From Bacillales bacterium (lineage in GTDB: Bacteria > Bacillota > Bacilli > Bacillales_A > Planococcaceae), in the NCBI GenBank assembly GCA_038243515.1, contig JBBSRA010000007.1, forward strand, positions 22,373 to 86,372: 64,000 bases of DNA, read 5' to 3'. Shown here in pieces: positions 38,350 through 48,354 of this stretch. Below the pieces are notes generated by a model. The model was not told where the DNA came from. It searched no databases and worked only from the letters and a program-made list of their open reading frames with translations. The position numbers were made by a program, and so were the translations under genes. The number at the start of each line of letters is the position of its first letter. Position 1 is the stretch's first letter.

Positions 38350-39963
38350 ATGGTTCAATTGAATCCAATCCCCGCTAAAACCTGGGATCCAGAAAAAATC
38401 GGGGAATGGCTGAAAAAACCGATTGTGGATCACAGCGAAACACAAATTGAAGAAAGTCGTATTACATATCCACAATTACTTGGGCAACTTACCGGTATGA
38501 CACTCGATGCAGATGACTATTTTGCTTCTATCTACGATGTGATGGAAGCGGCGGAAGGGCGGTTAATCCGTCTTTCCGACAAAATGAACAAGCATATTGA
38601 ACAAGATCGTTTAGGGACACTTCAGGATCTTTTCGAAATGAATAAGAAGGAAAATGGGCTATCATCAAACCGAATGGTGGCGTTTTTGGACGGCAAAGGA
38701 TTGCTGCCTAAATTAAAAGATGCTGATTTGAACAGACGTCTGCGGATTGTGCTGATTGATATTCTGAAAGCTTTTCAAGAACAATCCGGAGGAAATACCA
38801 CCCATTCCTCTTTTCGGCGTGTGACGACTGACTTGGTTAAGTGGATGTTTAACCATATACAACCTGAAATTGAAAAATTAGAGCTGGAAAAAGGATTGCC
38901 AGGCTTTTTATGGTATGGCAGCGCTTCAGAAAGTGAGACATGGTTTTTGAAATTGGCAGCAGCTTACGGCTTCCATATCATCGTTTACGATCCTAAAGGA
39001 GACCGCTGGTTTGAAAAAGCCATTGGCAACGAAGGACTTCACAGTCATAGTTTTCAAGTAAACGCCGAGTCGCTACTGCCTTTCCCAGAAGAAAAACCAA
39101 AACGTGTGGGAACAGTCGCTTACCGGGCAACTCAGGAAGTAGACCGCTTATTGCATCACGATGATTCGGGACTTTATAAACCATTCCAATTTAAATCTTA
39201 TTTGACACAATCGGTCCGTCTGAAGACGACGATGGATGAAGCATTTATGCTTGCGAAAGAACGTGCAATGGTTCGACCTTCCTTTTCAGTAGCGAGTGGT
39301 CGAGTTAACATTCCCGTGGTCTTTTCTAAAGTGATGGGCATTGAAAAAGACCGTAAGCGTTTTTGGGATAATATTCATAATTTGACCGAACGCGAAGACA
39401 CGAAACTGATTCGAAGCTTTCCGTTTATCGAAGAACGTAAAGGCAATCAGCAATTTCATTACCGTGCTGCACTTGGAAAAGATGGAAAGCTCGATCCTGA
39501 AAAAATGAAAACAGCGAATTGGTGGAAATACAATAAATTGCCGGATGGCGTTCAGACAGCCATTGCCGCAGCAATGGCAAGACATGTCGAAAAGCCGATT
39601 TTATTGCCTATCAGTGGTGAGTCTTTTGAGGACTTGCAATTGTATGCTTTTTCTCAGTCGATGTCGCTTCCAGAGGCAGTCATCCAATTGATTCAACTAT
39701 TCGATTATCCGCAATTTGTGCCCACAATGTTGTTTTATAATGAAGAAAAAGATGGCGAACTGAGTCGTGCGGATGCCAATGCGATTGCTTTGATCCATGT
39801 ATTTGGACTCGATGTTATCATCGTCAATCCGCAAGGGCATCAAGACCTGGAGCGCTGGGTTGACCCCGAATCGTTTGATACGCACTGGCTCGATGAACGA
39901 AGCTTTAACGAGCCATACCGTGAGCCTTCTGTCGTGAAAAAGTTATTTAAAAAATGGCTATAG
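38350..39963 (+). CDS. yceG: YceG family protein
   Basis: PGFLWYG, TVAYRA, TTMDE, RPSF, PVVFSKVMG and GLDVIIVNPQG motifs; lies directly before the TelA gene. Confidence 0.8.
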   Translation: MVQLNPIPAKTWDPEKIGEWLKKPIVDHSETQIEESRITYPQLLGQLTGMTLDADDYFASIYDVMEAAEGRLIRLSDKMNKHIEQDRLGTLQDLFEMNKKENGLSSNRMVAFLDGKGLLPKLKDADLNRRLRIVLIDILKAFQEQSGGNTTHSSFRRVTTDLVKWMFNHIQPEIEKLELEKGLPGFLWYGSASESETWFLKLAAAYGFHIIVYDPKGDRWFEKAIGNEGLHSHSFQVNAESLLPFPEEKPKRVGTVAYRATQEVDRLLHHDDSGLYKPFQFKSYLTQSVRLKTTMDEAFMLAKERAMVRPSFSVASGRVNIPVVFSKVMGIEKDRKRFWDNIHNLTEREDTKLIRSFPFIEERKGNQQFHYRAALGKDGKLDPEKMKTANWWKYNKLPDGVQTAIAAAMARHVEKPILLPISGESFEDLQLYAFSQSMSLPEAVIQLIQLFDYPQFVPTMLFYNEEKDGELSRADANAIALIHVFGLDVIIVNPQGHQDLERWVDPESFDTHWLDERSFNEPYREPSVVKKLFKKWL

Positions 39964-39983
39964 CCAAAAAGGAGTGACAACAG

Positions 39984-41066
39984 ATGACCAATATGCCAGA
40001 TCAAATTGAACAACAAGAATTGGTAATGAAAGATGAAAATCAATTAAAAGTCCAGTTGAAAAAAGATCCTGAAGTTCTTCAGTTGGCTGCAAAAATTGAC
40101 CCGAAAAACCAAATCGCTTTATTGGAATTTGGCCGTGAACCAGCAAATGAAATTTCAGCTTTTACTGGGAAAGTGCTAAATTCGGTCCAAGCAAACAGCA
40201 TGGAAGAATCTAGTGAGTTATTAAAGCAACTAGGGAAAATCATGGACAAATTCGATAAAAAAGATTTCGTTGAGAAGAAAGGCTTTATGAGTAAAATTTT
40301 CAACAAAGGCAATAAAGTGATTGAGCAATTATTTAATAAGTATCAAACCATGGGAACAGAAATTGATAAAGTATACGTTGAAATCACAAAGTACGAAGGC
40401 GAAATGAAAAAGTCGACAACAACTTTAGAAGAACTGTACAACCAAAACTTCAATTACTTTATGGAGTTAGAAAAATACATCGCAGCAGGTGATGTTAAAG
40501 TTGAAGAACTAAAAGCTCAAGAACCAGCGGTCCGTGCAAAAGCGGAATCTGGAGATCAAATGGCGTTAATGGAGCTAAACTCTTTGCAAAATGCCATTGA
40601 GCTTCTAGAACAACGCGTTTACGACTTGGAAATGGCGAAACAAGTTTCTTACCAGTCGGCGCCTCAAATCCGTATGCTTCAACGCGGGAACACAAAACTC
40701 ATTGGGAAAATCAACTCAGCTTTTGTTACGACCATTCCTATTTTTAAAACTGGCTTGATCAATGCAATCGCAGCTAAGCGTCAAAACTTAGTGGCAGAAT
40801 CGATGAGTGAATTGGATCGCCGTACGAACGAAATGCTATTGAATAATGCCAACGATATTTCACGTCAAAGTGTCGATATTGCAAGAATGTCTGGTCAGCC
40901 AAGCATCAAGATTGAAACCATCGAACAGACATGGGAGACTATTATGCAAGGGATGAACGATACACGCGAAATTGAGCAAGAAAACCGTAAAATGCGTGAA
41001 GAAGGACGTCTCCGAATCGAAGAGTTGCAGAAGAAGTACGAAGATACTCAGCGCAAAGCTAATTAA
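39984..41066 (+). CDS. yceH: Toxic anion resistance protein TelA/YceH
   Basis: LLEFG, KYQTMG.EIDK, LEQRVYDLE, QSAPQIR, INSAFVTTIP and TNEML motifs. Confidence 0.9.
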   Translation: MTNMPDQIEQQELVMKDENQLKVQLKKDPEVLQLAAKIDPKNQIALLEFGREPANEISAFTGKVLNSVQANSMEESSELLKQLGKIMDKFDKKDFVEKKGFMSKIFNKGNKVIEQLFNKYQTMGTEIDKVYVEITKYEGEMKKSTTTLEELYNQNFNYFMELEKYIAAGDVKVEELKAQEPAVRAKAESGDQMALMELNSLQNAIELLEQRVYDLEMAKQVSYQSAPQIRMLQRGNTKLIGKINSAFVTTIPIFKTGLINAIAAKRQNLVAESMSELDRRTNEMLLNNANDISRQSVDIARMSGQPSIKIETIEQTWETIMQGMNDTREIEQENRKMREEGRLRIEELQKKYEDTQRKAN

Positions 41067-41084
41067 TTAGAGGAGGAATAAACT

Positions 41085-41663
41085 ATGTCAGCAATTAACC
41101 TTTCAAAAGGACAAAAAATCGATTTAACAAAAACAAATCCGGGACTTACGAAAGTGGTCGTCGGTTTAGGTTGGGACACCAATAAATATAGTGGTGGCGG
41201 CGATTTCGACTTAGACGCTTCTATTTTCTTAGTAGGGGAAAATGGTAAATCACGCGGTCCAGAAGATTTTGTTTTCTACAACAACCTTGAAGGTGGAAAT
41301 GGTTCTGTTGTTCACACTGGTGATAACTTGACAGGTGAAGGAGACGGCGACGATGAGCAAGTGATTGTTGACTTGCCAAACGTTCCTGCTGACATTCACA
41401 AAGTTGTGTTTACAGTAACGATTCACGAAGCAGAAAGCCGGGGACAAAACTTTGGTCAAGTTTCTAACGCATTTATCCGCATCTTGAATGAAAATTCAAA
41501 CGAAGAACTAATTCGTTATGATCTTGGTGAAGATTTCTCAATTGAAACGGCTTTAGTGGTTGGAGAATTATACCGCCACGGCAACGAATGGAAATTCAAC
41601 GCAATTGGCAGTGGTTATCAAGGCGGCCTTGCAGCATTAGTAAATGATTTTGGTTTAAGCTAA
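41085..41663 (+). CDS. terD: TerD-family stress protein (third paralog)
   Basis: [25 protein letters not shown] and [11 protein letters not shown] motifs. Confidence 0.95.
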   Translation: MSAINLSKGQKIDLTKTNPGLTKVVVGLGWDTNKYSGGGDFDLDASIFLVGENGKSRGPEDFVFYNNLEGGNGSVVHTGDNLTGEGDGDDEQVIVDLPNVPADIHKVVFTVTIHEAESRGQNFGQVSNAFIRILNENSNEELIRYDLGEDFSIETALVVGELYRHGNEWKFNAIGSGYQGGLAALVNDFGLS

Positions 41664-41670
41664 ATTAATT

Positions 41671-41714
41671 AAAGACCGTCTATCAGTTTAATGAACTGAT
41701 AGACGGTCTTTTTT
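41671..41714. terminator. Bidirectional terminator (ter operon / dctM)
   Basis: AAAGACCGTCTATCAGTT...AACTGATAGACGGTCTTT. Confidence 0.9.
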
Positions 41715-41739
41715 GAAACTAACAAATGACTAGTAGAAA

Positions 41740-43005
41740 TTAAGTTAAGAACAAAGAAATTTGAGGGAATATGATGATGAGAATTAGAACAATAATAAAT
41801 ATCATGAAGAAAGGAACTACACCTTTTATAACTTTCTCCACTTTTTCACCGGTTATTCCACTGACAACGAATAAGTTGAGTCCAACTGGCGGTGTGATCA
41901 TACCCAATTCCATGTTGACTACCATAATAATTGCGAAATGGATAACATCAATTTCCAATGCAGAAATGATAGGAAGTAGAATTGGAAGTGTAATTAAGAT
42001 AATTGCTGTTGGCTCTAAGAACATTCCAAGGACGAAAAATAGTAAACTGACAATAATTAAGAATGTCCATTTATTAAATCCACTATCACTTACCCAAGCT
42101 GCAAAGTCTTGTGGAACTTGCTCGGTTGTTAAGAACATACCGAAAACCAAAGCGGCAGCAATAATTAGGAAAATCATTGACGTCGTGTTAATCGATTCTT
42201 TGGTAATTTCAACAAATTGAGACCAAGTCATTTCTCTGTAAACAAGAATAGAAATAATGATTGCATATAAAGCAGCTAAAAAAGAGGCTTCTGTCGGAGT
42301 TACAATTCCTGTATAAATGCTACCTAAAATTAGGATGGGCATTACAAGTCCCCAGGTAGCTCTCAGTGTAGGACGCCACCGATCTTTTAAAGGAACTTTC
42401 GGCAAGCCACCATAATTTTTTCTGTGCGCTACAATTACTGCATAGACAATTAAAGCGAGGCCGAGTAGAATTCCTGGTAAAATTCCAGCTGAAAATAATC
42501 GTCCAGTAGATTGTTCTGAAACGGATCCATAAAGAATTAGTGGAATTGAAGGGGGAATTAGGATACCTAATGTTCCGGCCGCAGCGACTAATCCCATAGA
42601 ATAACTTTTATCATATCCAGCTTTGACCATCATTGGAATCATAATGGCACCAATGGCTGCAGCAGTTGCAGGACTTGAACCTGAAATAGCTGCAAAAATC
42701 ATACAAGTGATAACGGTTACTACGGATAAACCGCCTTTTGTATGACCAACCCAAGATCGGATGCATTCAATCAAGTACTTTGATATACCACCTTTAGCCA
42801 TGATTAATCCGGCAAAGACGAATCCAGGAATCGCCATTAATGTTGTACTGTTAACTCCAGTAAACATTTTTTGTATGACAGTATTCAATGAGAAATCAAC
42901 CATGTAAAGTCCGACAATACTAGAAACTGCCAGGCTTATGGCAATTGGCACTCGCAAGAAAGCGAAGACAAAAAGTAAAACGATTACAATTATAGCTGCT
43001 TCCAT
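41740..43005 (-). CDS. dctM: TRAP transporter large permease
   Basis: LMAIPGF, AISGSSPATAAA, LGILIPPS, GIVTPTEA and ITPPVGLNL motifs. Confidence 0.93.
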   Translation of the reverse strand: MEAAIIVIVLLFVFAFLRVPIAISLAVSSIVGLYMVDFSLNTVIQKMFTGVNSTTLMAIPGFVFAGLIMAKGGISKYLIECIRSWVGHTKGGLSVVTVITCMIFAAISGSSPATAAAIGAIMIPMMVKAGYDKSYSMGLVAAAGTLGILIPPSIPLILYGSVSEQSTGRLFSAGILPGILLGLALIVYAVIVAHRKNYGGLPKVPLKDRWRPTLRATWGLVMPILILGSIYTGIVTPTEASFLAALYAIIISILVYREMTWSQFVEITKESINTTSMIFLIIAAALVFGMFLTTEQVPQDFAAWVSDSGFNKWTFLIIVSLLFFVLGMFLEPTAIILITLPILLPIISALEIDVIHFAIIMVVNMELGMITPPVGLNLFVVSGITGEKVEKVIKGVVPFFMIFIIVLILIIIFPQISLFLT

Positions 43006-43490
43006 TCTGCATCTCCTCCGCCCGTAACATTTTCTTTCTTAATAAAGTATCGATAAGCTTTTTCGCAGAAACGGATAAATAACAAAGTGCCTGCAATCGG
43101 CATGATTAAGTAATTAATCCATATCGGGAAGCCGACATCAATAGTTTTAATATCTTGGCTATATGCTGTTGTTACCATATCAAGGCCAGTCCAAAAGATG
43201 AAAATACTGAAAGCAGAGCCAATCAATAACGTAACTGCTTGAGAGAATTGCTGCATTTTAGGTCCAAACCTATCGTAAAGTACGTCTATCGCAATATGCT
43301 TATCTTCTTTCAAAGCTGATGAAAAGCCGATAAAAATGGCCCACACTAAAAGCATTGTATAAATTTCGGTAGCCCAACTTTGAGAACTTCCTAAGACATA
43401 ACGCATAAAAACGGAGTATAGACTAATAGCAATTCCAAATAAAAAGAAGATGATAGAGAAAGCGCTCTCAATACGATCCAGATATTTCAT
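42990..43490 (-). CDS. dctQ: TRAP transporter small permease
   Basis: Four TM helices; RYVLG..SWATE and HIAID motifs. Confidence 0.9.
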   Translation of the reverse strand: MKYLDRIESAFSIIFFLFGIAISLYSVFMRYVLGSSQSWATEIYTMLLVWAIFIGFSSALKEDKHIAIDVLYDRFGPKMQQFSQAVTLLIGSAFSIFIFWTGLDMVTTAYSQDIKTIDVGFPIWINYLIMPIAGTLLFIRFCEKAYRYFIKKENVTGGGDAEWKQL

Positions 43491-43517
43491 TTAAATCCTC
43501 CTCAATCAATATGTATT

Positions 43518-43806
43518 TTGGATACGAAAACAATTAGTCAAATCATAATACAAGTTATAACTAATAACAAGCAAAATTTAGAATAGAAAGAAAATTTAAC
43601 TGATATAACTTTAGTGCTATTCATTTCTTGATATACTTAGTTCTAAATAATTACTGAAAGATGCTAAAAAAGAAATTACTATAAAAGATAGAATATTTAA
43701 ATTTTTCTTTACATTCGTTTTTTTCTATGATAATTTTGTGGTAAGTTGTATCCAAAATTCAACGCAAGGACATCAACTTAATTTCTTTTGTTTATATCGT
43801 ATACAA
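43518..43806. promoter_or_regulatory. Three putative GntR/FadR operators in the dctQ-dctP intergenic region
   Basis: TTGGATACGA (43518-27), TTGTATCCAA (43746-55) and TCGTATACAA (43797-806), resembling TTGTATACAA-type FadR-subfamily sites. Confidence 0.55.
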
Positions 43807-43838
43807 AGGGTAGAGAGAAAGAGAGGAGCAGATAAAAT

Positions 43839-43852
43839 TGAAAGCCCTTACA
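43839..43852 (+). promoter_or_regulatory. Putative cre (CcpA) site upstream of dctP
   Basis: TGAAAGCCCTTACA has one mismatch to TGWAANCGNTNWCA. Confidence 0.6.
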
Positions 43853-43904
43853 AAAAAGATTTGAGTTTATCTTGAGATTTTAAAAAAATTAGGGGGTTTT
43901 TTAG

Positions 43905-44933
43905 ATGAAAAAACACATTTTAACCTTATCATTATTAATGTCTGCGGTTGTATTAGCTGCTTGTGGTGATGATGAAGCAGCCACTAAAGGAGAAAGTAGT
44001 GGTGACGACGTTCAAGAAATGACCATTAAATTTTCTCACGTCGTAGCGGAAAATACACCTAAGCATCAAGGTGCATTAGCTATGAAAGAATATATAGAAA
44101 AAGAATCTGACGGTGCAATTGAAGTTGAAATTTATCCTAATAGTTCACTGTTCGGAGATCAAGACGAATATCAGAACTTAGTTTCGAATAATGTTCAATT
44201 TATCGCGCCTGATTTATCAAAATTTGTCGGGAATAATCCGCAATTTAATGTGCCATCTCTTCCTTTTATGTTTGATAATGATGAAGAAGCAATTGCATTC
44301 TGGGACGGTGAAAAAGGCCAAGAGATTTTGGGTAGTTTAGAAGGTGATGGTGTACTTGGTTTATCTATGTGGCCAAATGGTGGTAAGCACGTTACCAATA
44401 ATGAACGACCAATTGATTCACCAGACGACTTTGAAGGCTTGAAATTCCGAACTCAAGGTGGTCAAGTGCTAGAAGCTATTTATGCCGCTTTAGGTGCGGG
44501 CTCTGAATCTATTCCTTTTGGAGAACTTTACACAGCACTTGACCAAGGAGTTGTAGAAGGTCAGGAAAATACGTTCAGCAACATTGAATCTAAGAAATTC
44601 GATGAAGTTCAAGATTATATGACTATTATGAACCACACACGTGTAGATTACGCTATTTTCACAAACACTGATTTTTGGGAAAGCATGAACGACGCGACAA
44701 AAGAAATCGTAGAAGCCGGAATTGACGAAGGAACAGAAGTGGCACGTGAAGAAGCAAAAAATCTAAATGAAAAAGCTCTTGAGTTAATTCGCGAAAGAGG
44801 ACAGGTCGAAATCATCGAGTTGACACCTGAACAAATCGAAGAGTTCCGTACAACTTTAGAACCTATTTATGATGAATTCGAAGATGAAATTGGTGCCGAT
44901 GTATATGAAGCGGCGCGTGAAGCTGCTGAATAA
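43905..44933 (+). CDS. dctP: TRAP substrate-binding lipoprotein
   Basis: Lipobox LAAC, KFSHVV, PSLPF, GLKFR and ALDQGVVEGQEN motifs. Confidence 0.93.
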   Translation: MKKHILTLSLLMSAVVLAACGDDEAATKGESSGDDVQEMTIKFSHVVAENTPKHQGALAMKEYIEKESDGAIEVEIYPNSSLFGDQDEYQNLVSNNVQFIAPDLSKFVGNNPQFNVPSLPFMFDNDEEAIAFWDGEKGQEILGSLEGDGVLGLSMWPNGGKHVTNNERPIDSPDDFEGLKFRTQGGQVLEAIYAALGAGSESIPFGELYTALDQGVVEGQENTFSNIESKKFDEVQDYMTIMNHTRVDYAIFTNTDFWESMNDATKEIVEAGIDEGTEVAREEAKNLNEKALELIRERGQVEIIELTPEQIEEFRTTLEPIYDEFEDEIGADVYEAAREAAE

Positions 44934-44951
44934 TAATAAATTAAGAGAACT

Positions 44952-44986
44952 AAAAAAGTTGGCGGTTTCCGTTGCCAGCTTTTTTT
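44952..44986 (+). terminator. Terminator after dctP
   Basis: AAAAAAGTTGGCGG...TTGCCAGCTTTTTTT. Confidence 0.75.
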
Positions 44987-45065
44987 AGTTTAAACTTTGC
45001 TTTAAGAAAAGTGTTTTGTAAGAAAAAATTAACCAAACCAATACTTTACAGACAGGAGAATGGAT

Positions 45066-45449
45066 ATGAACAAAGAGAAATTTGAAAAAGGATTGGAAAT
45101 ACGTAAAAGTGTATTAGGCGCAGAATATGTAGATCAATCAATTCAAAATGCGACGGAGTTTAATATGCCCATGCAAGAATTGGTTACAGAGTACTGCTGG
45201 GGAGAAGTTTGGGCACGCCCAGGACTAACAAAAAAAACCCGGAGTATGCTTAATCTCGCCATGATTACAGCATTAAATCGACCGCACGAATTAAAACTGC
45301 ACGTTAGAGGAGCTATCAATAATGGTTTGACGAGAGAAGATATACAAGAAGTTTTTCTTCAAACTGCTATTTACTGTGGCGTGCCAGCAGCGATTGACAG
45401 TTTTAGGACAGCAAAAGAAGTGTTTGATGAAATAGACAAAGAACAGTAA
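45066..45449 (+). CDS. Carboxymuconolactone decarboxylase family protein (PcaC-like)
   Basis: GLEIRKSVLG, WGEVWARPGL, LKLHVRGA and QTAIYCGVP motifs. Confidence 0.88.
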   Translation: MNKEKFEKGLEIRKSVLGAEYVDQSIQNATEFNMPMQELVTEYCWGEVWARPGLTKKTRSMLNLAMITALNRPHELKLHVRGAINNGLTREDIQEVFLQTAIYCGVPAAIDSFRTAKEVFDEIDKEQ

Positions 45450-45471
45450 TTCACTAGTTGTCGAATTATTT

Positions 45472-46395
45472 TTAAGTAAAGAGAATTCGAGATAAGAAAA
45501 TCACAATTGTTATAGACAATGCACTAAAAATAGTTGAAACAAAAACAGCTTGAGCGGCAAAAGCGGCTTCGTTTTCATATTCCTGTGCAATAATGGCGCT
45601 ATTAACAGAACTTGGGACGGCGGAAGCAATAAATAATGCTTGAGCTGTAATAACATCTACATGTAGAAATGGAATAATAATAAAAGCAGTAAGCGGACTG
45701 ATGATAAGCCTAACAGCGACACTAAGGTACACAGTAAACATATTTTTAGTGAAGTTCAATTGAACCACTTGAGCTCCCAACGTGAGTAACGCTACAGCAA
45801 TCAATGCATCTGCGATGTAGGAGCCCGGTATATAAATAAACTGCGGTAGTTCTAAGTTGAATGCATTTAGCAGTAAGCCGAAAAACATTGCATAAAGTAT
45901 CGGCATTTTAAAATAAGGAACCGTATCTTTGATTTTAGTTTTATTCAGTTTTTCTAAACTGATGATGCCATACGAGTACACCAACAAATTTTGAAAAGTA
46001 AGAACCAGTACTTGAACGCCCATCGCAACGGGGTCTTGTCGAAAGGCGAGATCATTTACAGAAATGCCGTAATTGCCCGAGTTGTAAAACAAAGAGCTGT
46101 GTGAAAATGCGATACGAAGCCCTTTGCTAAAACCAAGAAGTCTACTGATCACATTGGATACAAAATACAAAAATATAGATAAAAAAATAAAAAAAGCTAA
46201 TACTTTAAAAAACAAATCCCAAGCCAGATCAGTTTCGTAAAGACGAATAAAAATTAGTCCGGGAACTAAATAATAAATATTAATTTTTGCTAGCGTGTTT
46301 AAATCAAGGTGAAATTTGAAATGTAGAAATGCACCAATTCCGATTAGGATGAGTATGGGGACAATGATGTTAAGGAAAATATTGAAAATTTCCAT
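45472..46395 (-). CDS. AEC family (malate/malonate permease-like) transporter
   Basis: IVPILILI..G, NSGNYG, ALLTLG and PSSVNSAIIA motifs. AAGGAG SD before ATG 46395. Confidence 0.85.
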   Translation of the reverse strand: MEIFNIFLNIIVPILILIGIGAFLHFKFHLDLNTLAKINIYYLVPGLIFIRLYETDLAWDLFFKVLAFFIFLSIFLYFVSNVISRLLGFSKGLRIAFSHSSLFYNSGNYGISVNDLAFRQDPVAMGVQVLVLTFQNLLVYSYGIISLEKLNKTKIKDTVPYFKMPILYAMFFGLLLNAFNLELPQFIYIPGSYIADALIAVALLTLGAQVVQLNFTKNMFTVYLSVAVRLIISPLTAFIIIPFLHVDVITAQALFIASAVPSSVNSAIIAQEYENEAAFAAQAVFVSTIFSALSITIVIFLSRILFT

Positions 46396-46505
46396 GAGAT
46401 GTACTCCTTTCGTTTGTTCCACAAATAGAACTTTGTGCCGTTTCTGTACAATATACACTATTAAGAAAATTATACCAATCAATTTTGAAACTGAGGTGAA
46501 TCTAA

Positions 46506-47435
46506 ATGAAGCTACCTAAAAAAGTAAAGATAAATGAAGTTGTCTTAAGAGATGGACTACAACTAGAAGACAAAGTACTGACTTTAGATGAGAAAAAAAA
46601 GATATTTGATCAATTAGTAAAAGCTAATGTTCAGACGATAGAGTTTGGTTCATTTGTGCATCCTAAATTAGTGCCACAAATGACAAACAGTGGGGAACTA
46701 TTTGAATTGATATCGGAAAATCCGAATGATGTAAAGCTGATTGCGTTGATTCCCAATTTAAAAGGAGCAAAAAATGCACAAGAAAAAGGCGTAAAAAACA
46801 TAAATTTCGTCTTCTCAGCTAGTGATACACATAATAAGCAAAATGTTCAAAAAAGCACAGAAGATTCACTGAGTGAGCTGAAAGAAATTCTCAGTTATTG
46901 CAAAGAACATGACATGTGCTTGAGTGTATCGATTGCGACGACTTTTGGATGTCCTTTCGAAGGTGAAGTAAAAAAAGAACGGATTTACTGGATTCTTGAG
47001 CAATTAACGTCTTTAGATCTAGAAACAATTACGTTAGCGGATACTACGGGTATGGCAAATCCACAACAAGTTTACGACTTGATAACAGACCTAATAAACA
47101 AATTTCCACAACAATTATTCAATCTTCATTTTCATAATACAAGAGGAATGGGACTTGTAAACATGATGGCTGCAATGCAAGCTGGCGTCACAAGTTTTGA
47201 TGCTTCCTTAGGTGGACTTGGAGGTTGTCCATTTGCTCCTGGAGCAACTGGCAATATCTGCACAGAAGATGTTGTTCATATGCTTCATAGTATGGGAATT
47301 GAGACAGGTCTGTCATTAGACGAGTTGATAATCGCTTCTAAGACGCTTCAACAACTTGTCGGTCATGAAACACCGAGTTATGTTTTAAAAGCAGGTCCAT
47401 ATAACCGAAAATATTTGATACCTACAAAGAAATAG
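46506..47435 (+). CDS. HMG-CoA lyase family (DRE-TIM) acyl-CoA lyase
   Basis: LRDGLQ, FGCPFEG, LADTTG, HFHNT and GLGGCPFAPGATGN motifs. Confidence 0.9.
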   Translation: MKLPKKVKINEVVLRDGLQLEDKVLTLDEKKKIFDQLVKANVQTIEFGSFVHPKLVPQMTNSGELFELISENPNDVKLIALIPNLKGAKNAQEKGVKNINFVFSASDTHNKQNVQKSTEDSLSELKEILSYCKEHDMCLSVSIATTFGCPFEGEVKKERIYWILEQLTSLDLETITLADTTGMANPQQVYDLITDLINKFPQQLFNLHFHNTRGMGLVNMMAAMQAGVTSFDASLGGLGGCPFAPGATGNICTEDVVHMLHSMGIETGLSLDELIIASKTLQQLVGHETPSYVLKAGPYNRKYLIPTKK

Positions 47436-47520
47436 AAACCTTATCTAACGGAAACCAAAAAAATATGCAATAAGCAGCGCTATTTTTTGTTACCTATCGA
47501 TATAAACTAGGAGGATTATT

Positions 47521-48315
47521 ATGTCTAAGTGGGAAACTTTGTTATTGAATAAACAATTCAGCAATGACAATGTCTATGTAATTGAACTGAATAGACCTGA
47601 AGCAATGAATTCGTTGAATACAAAAATGGCTGTCGAATTGATTGAATGTTTGACATCACTGGAGCAACAAAAAGATTTGCGTGCGTTAGTACTGACGGCT
47701 AAAGGAGAAAAAAGCTTTTGCGTAGGAGCGGATTTAAAAGAACGGAAAGGAATGACAAACGAACAATGGAAACAGCAACATGATATTTTCGAAGAGGCCT
47801 ATGAATTGTTGCGAAACTTTAAGTTGCCAGTGATTGCAGCAGTTAATGGATTTGCCTTAGGAGGAGGCATGGAGATGTTGCTAAGCTGTGACCTTCGCTA
47901 TGCTTCCGAACAAGCTAAAGTAGGATTGCCTGAAGTTAAATTAGGAATTATTCCAGGTGTAGGAGGAACTCAACTATTGCCGCGCGCCATTCCAGTCGGA
48001 TTAGCGAAAGAAATGCTTTTTAGAGGAAATCAAGTTGATGCGCAGAAAGCGTTGGAAGTTGGAATTCTGAATGGTGTTTTCACGAAAGAAGAATTGATGT
48101 CAAAAACAATAGAAATTGCCAAAGAAATTGCGCAGAATGCACCACTATCTTTGCAATCGATCAAGAAATCTATTCAAACCGGATTGCATACAGACATGAA
48201 TACGGCTCTTTCGATTGAACTTGATCAATACTACAAATGTGCTAATTCGGAAGATCGAATGGAAGGTATTTTAGCTTTTAATGAAAAACGAAAACCAAAT
48301 TGGCAAGGGAAATAA
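47521..48315 (+). CDS. Enoyl-CoA hydratase (crotonase), methylglutaconyl-CoA hydratase/YngF-like
   Basis: FCVGADLKER, NGFALGGGME, LPEVKLGIIPG.GGTQ and F.EKRKP motifs. Confidence 0.9.
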   Translation: MSKWETLLLNKQFSNDNVYVIELNRPEAMNSLNTKMAVELIECLTSLEQQKDLRALVLTAKGEKSFCVGADLKERKGMTNEQWKQQHDIFEEAYELLRNFKLPVIAAVNGFALGGGMEMLLSCDLRYASEQAKVGLPEVKLGIIPGVGGTQLLPRAIPVGLAKEMLFRGNQVDAQKALEVGILNGVFTKEELMSKTIEIAKEIAQNAPLSLQSIKKSIQTGLHTDMNTALSIELDQYYKCANSEDRMEGILAFNEKRKPNWQGK

Positions 48316-48354
48316 AAGGCCTAATTAATTTATTGGCGAAAGGAGATTCAGAAA

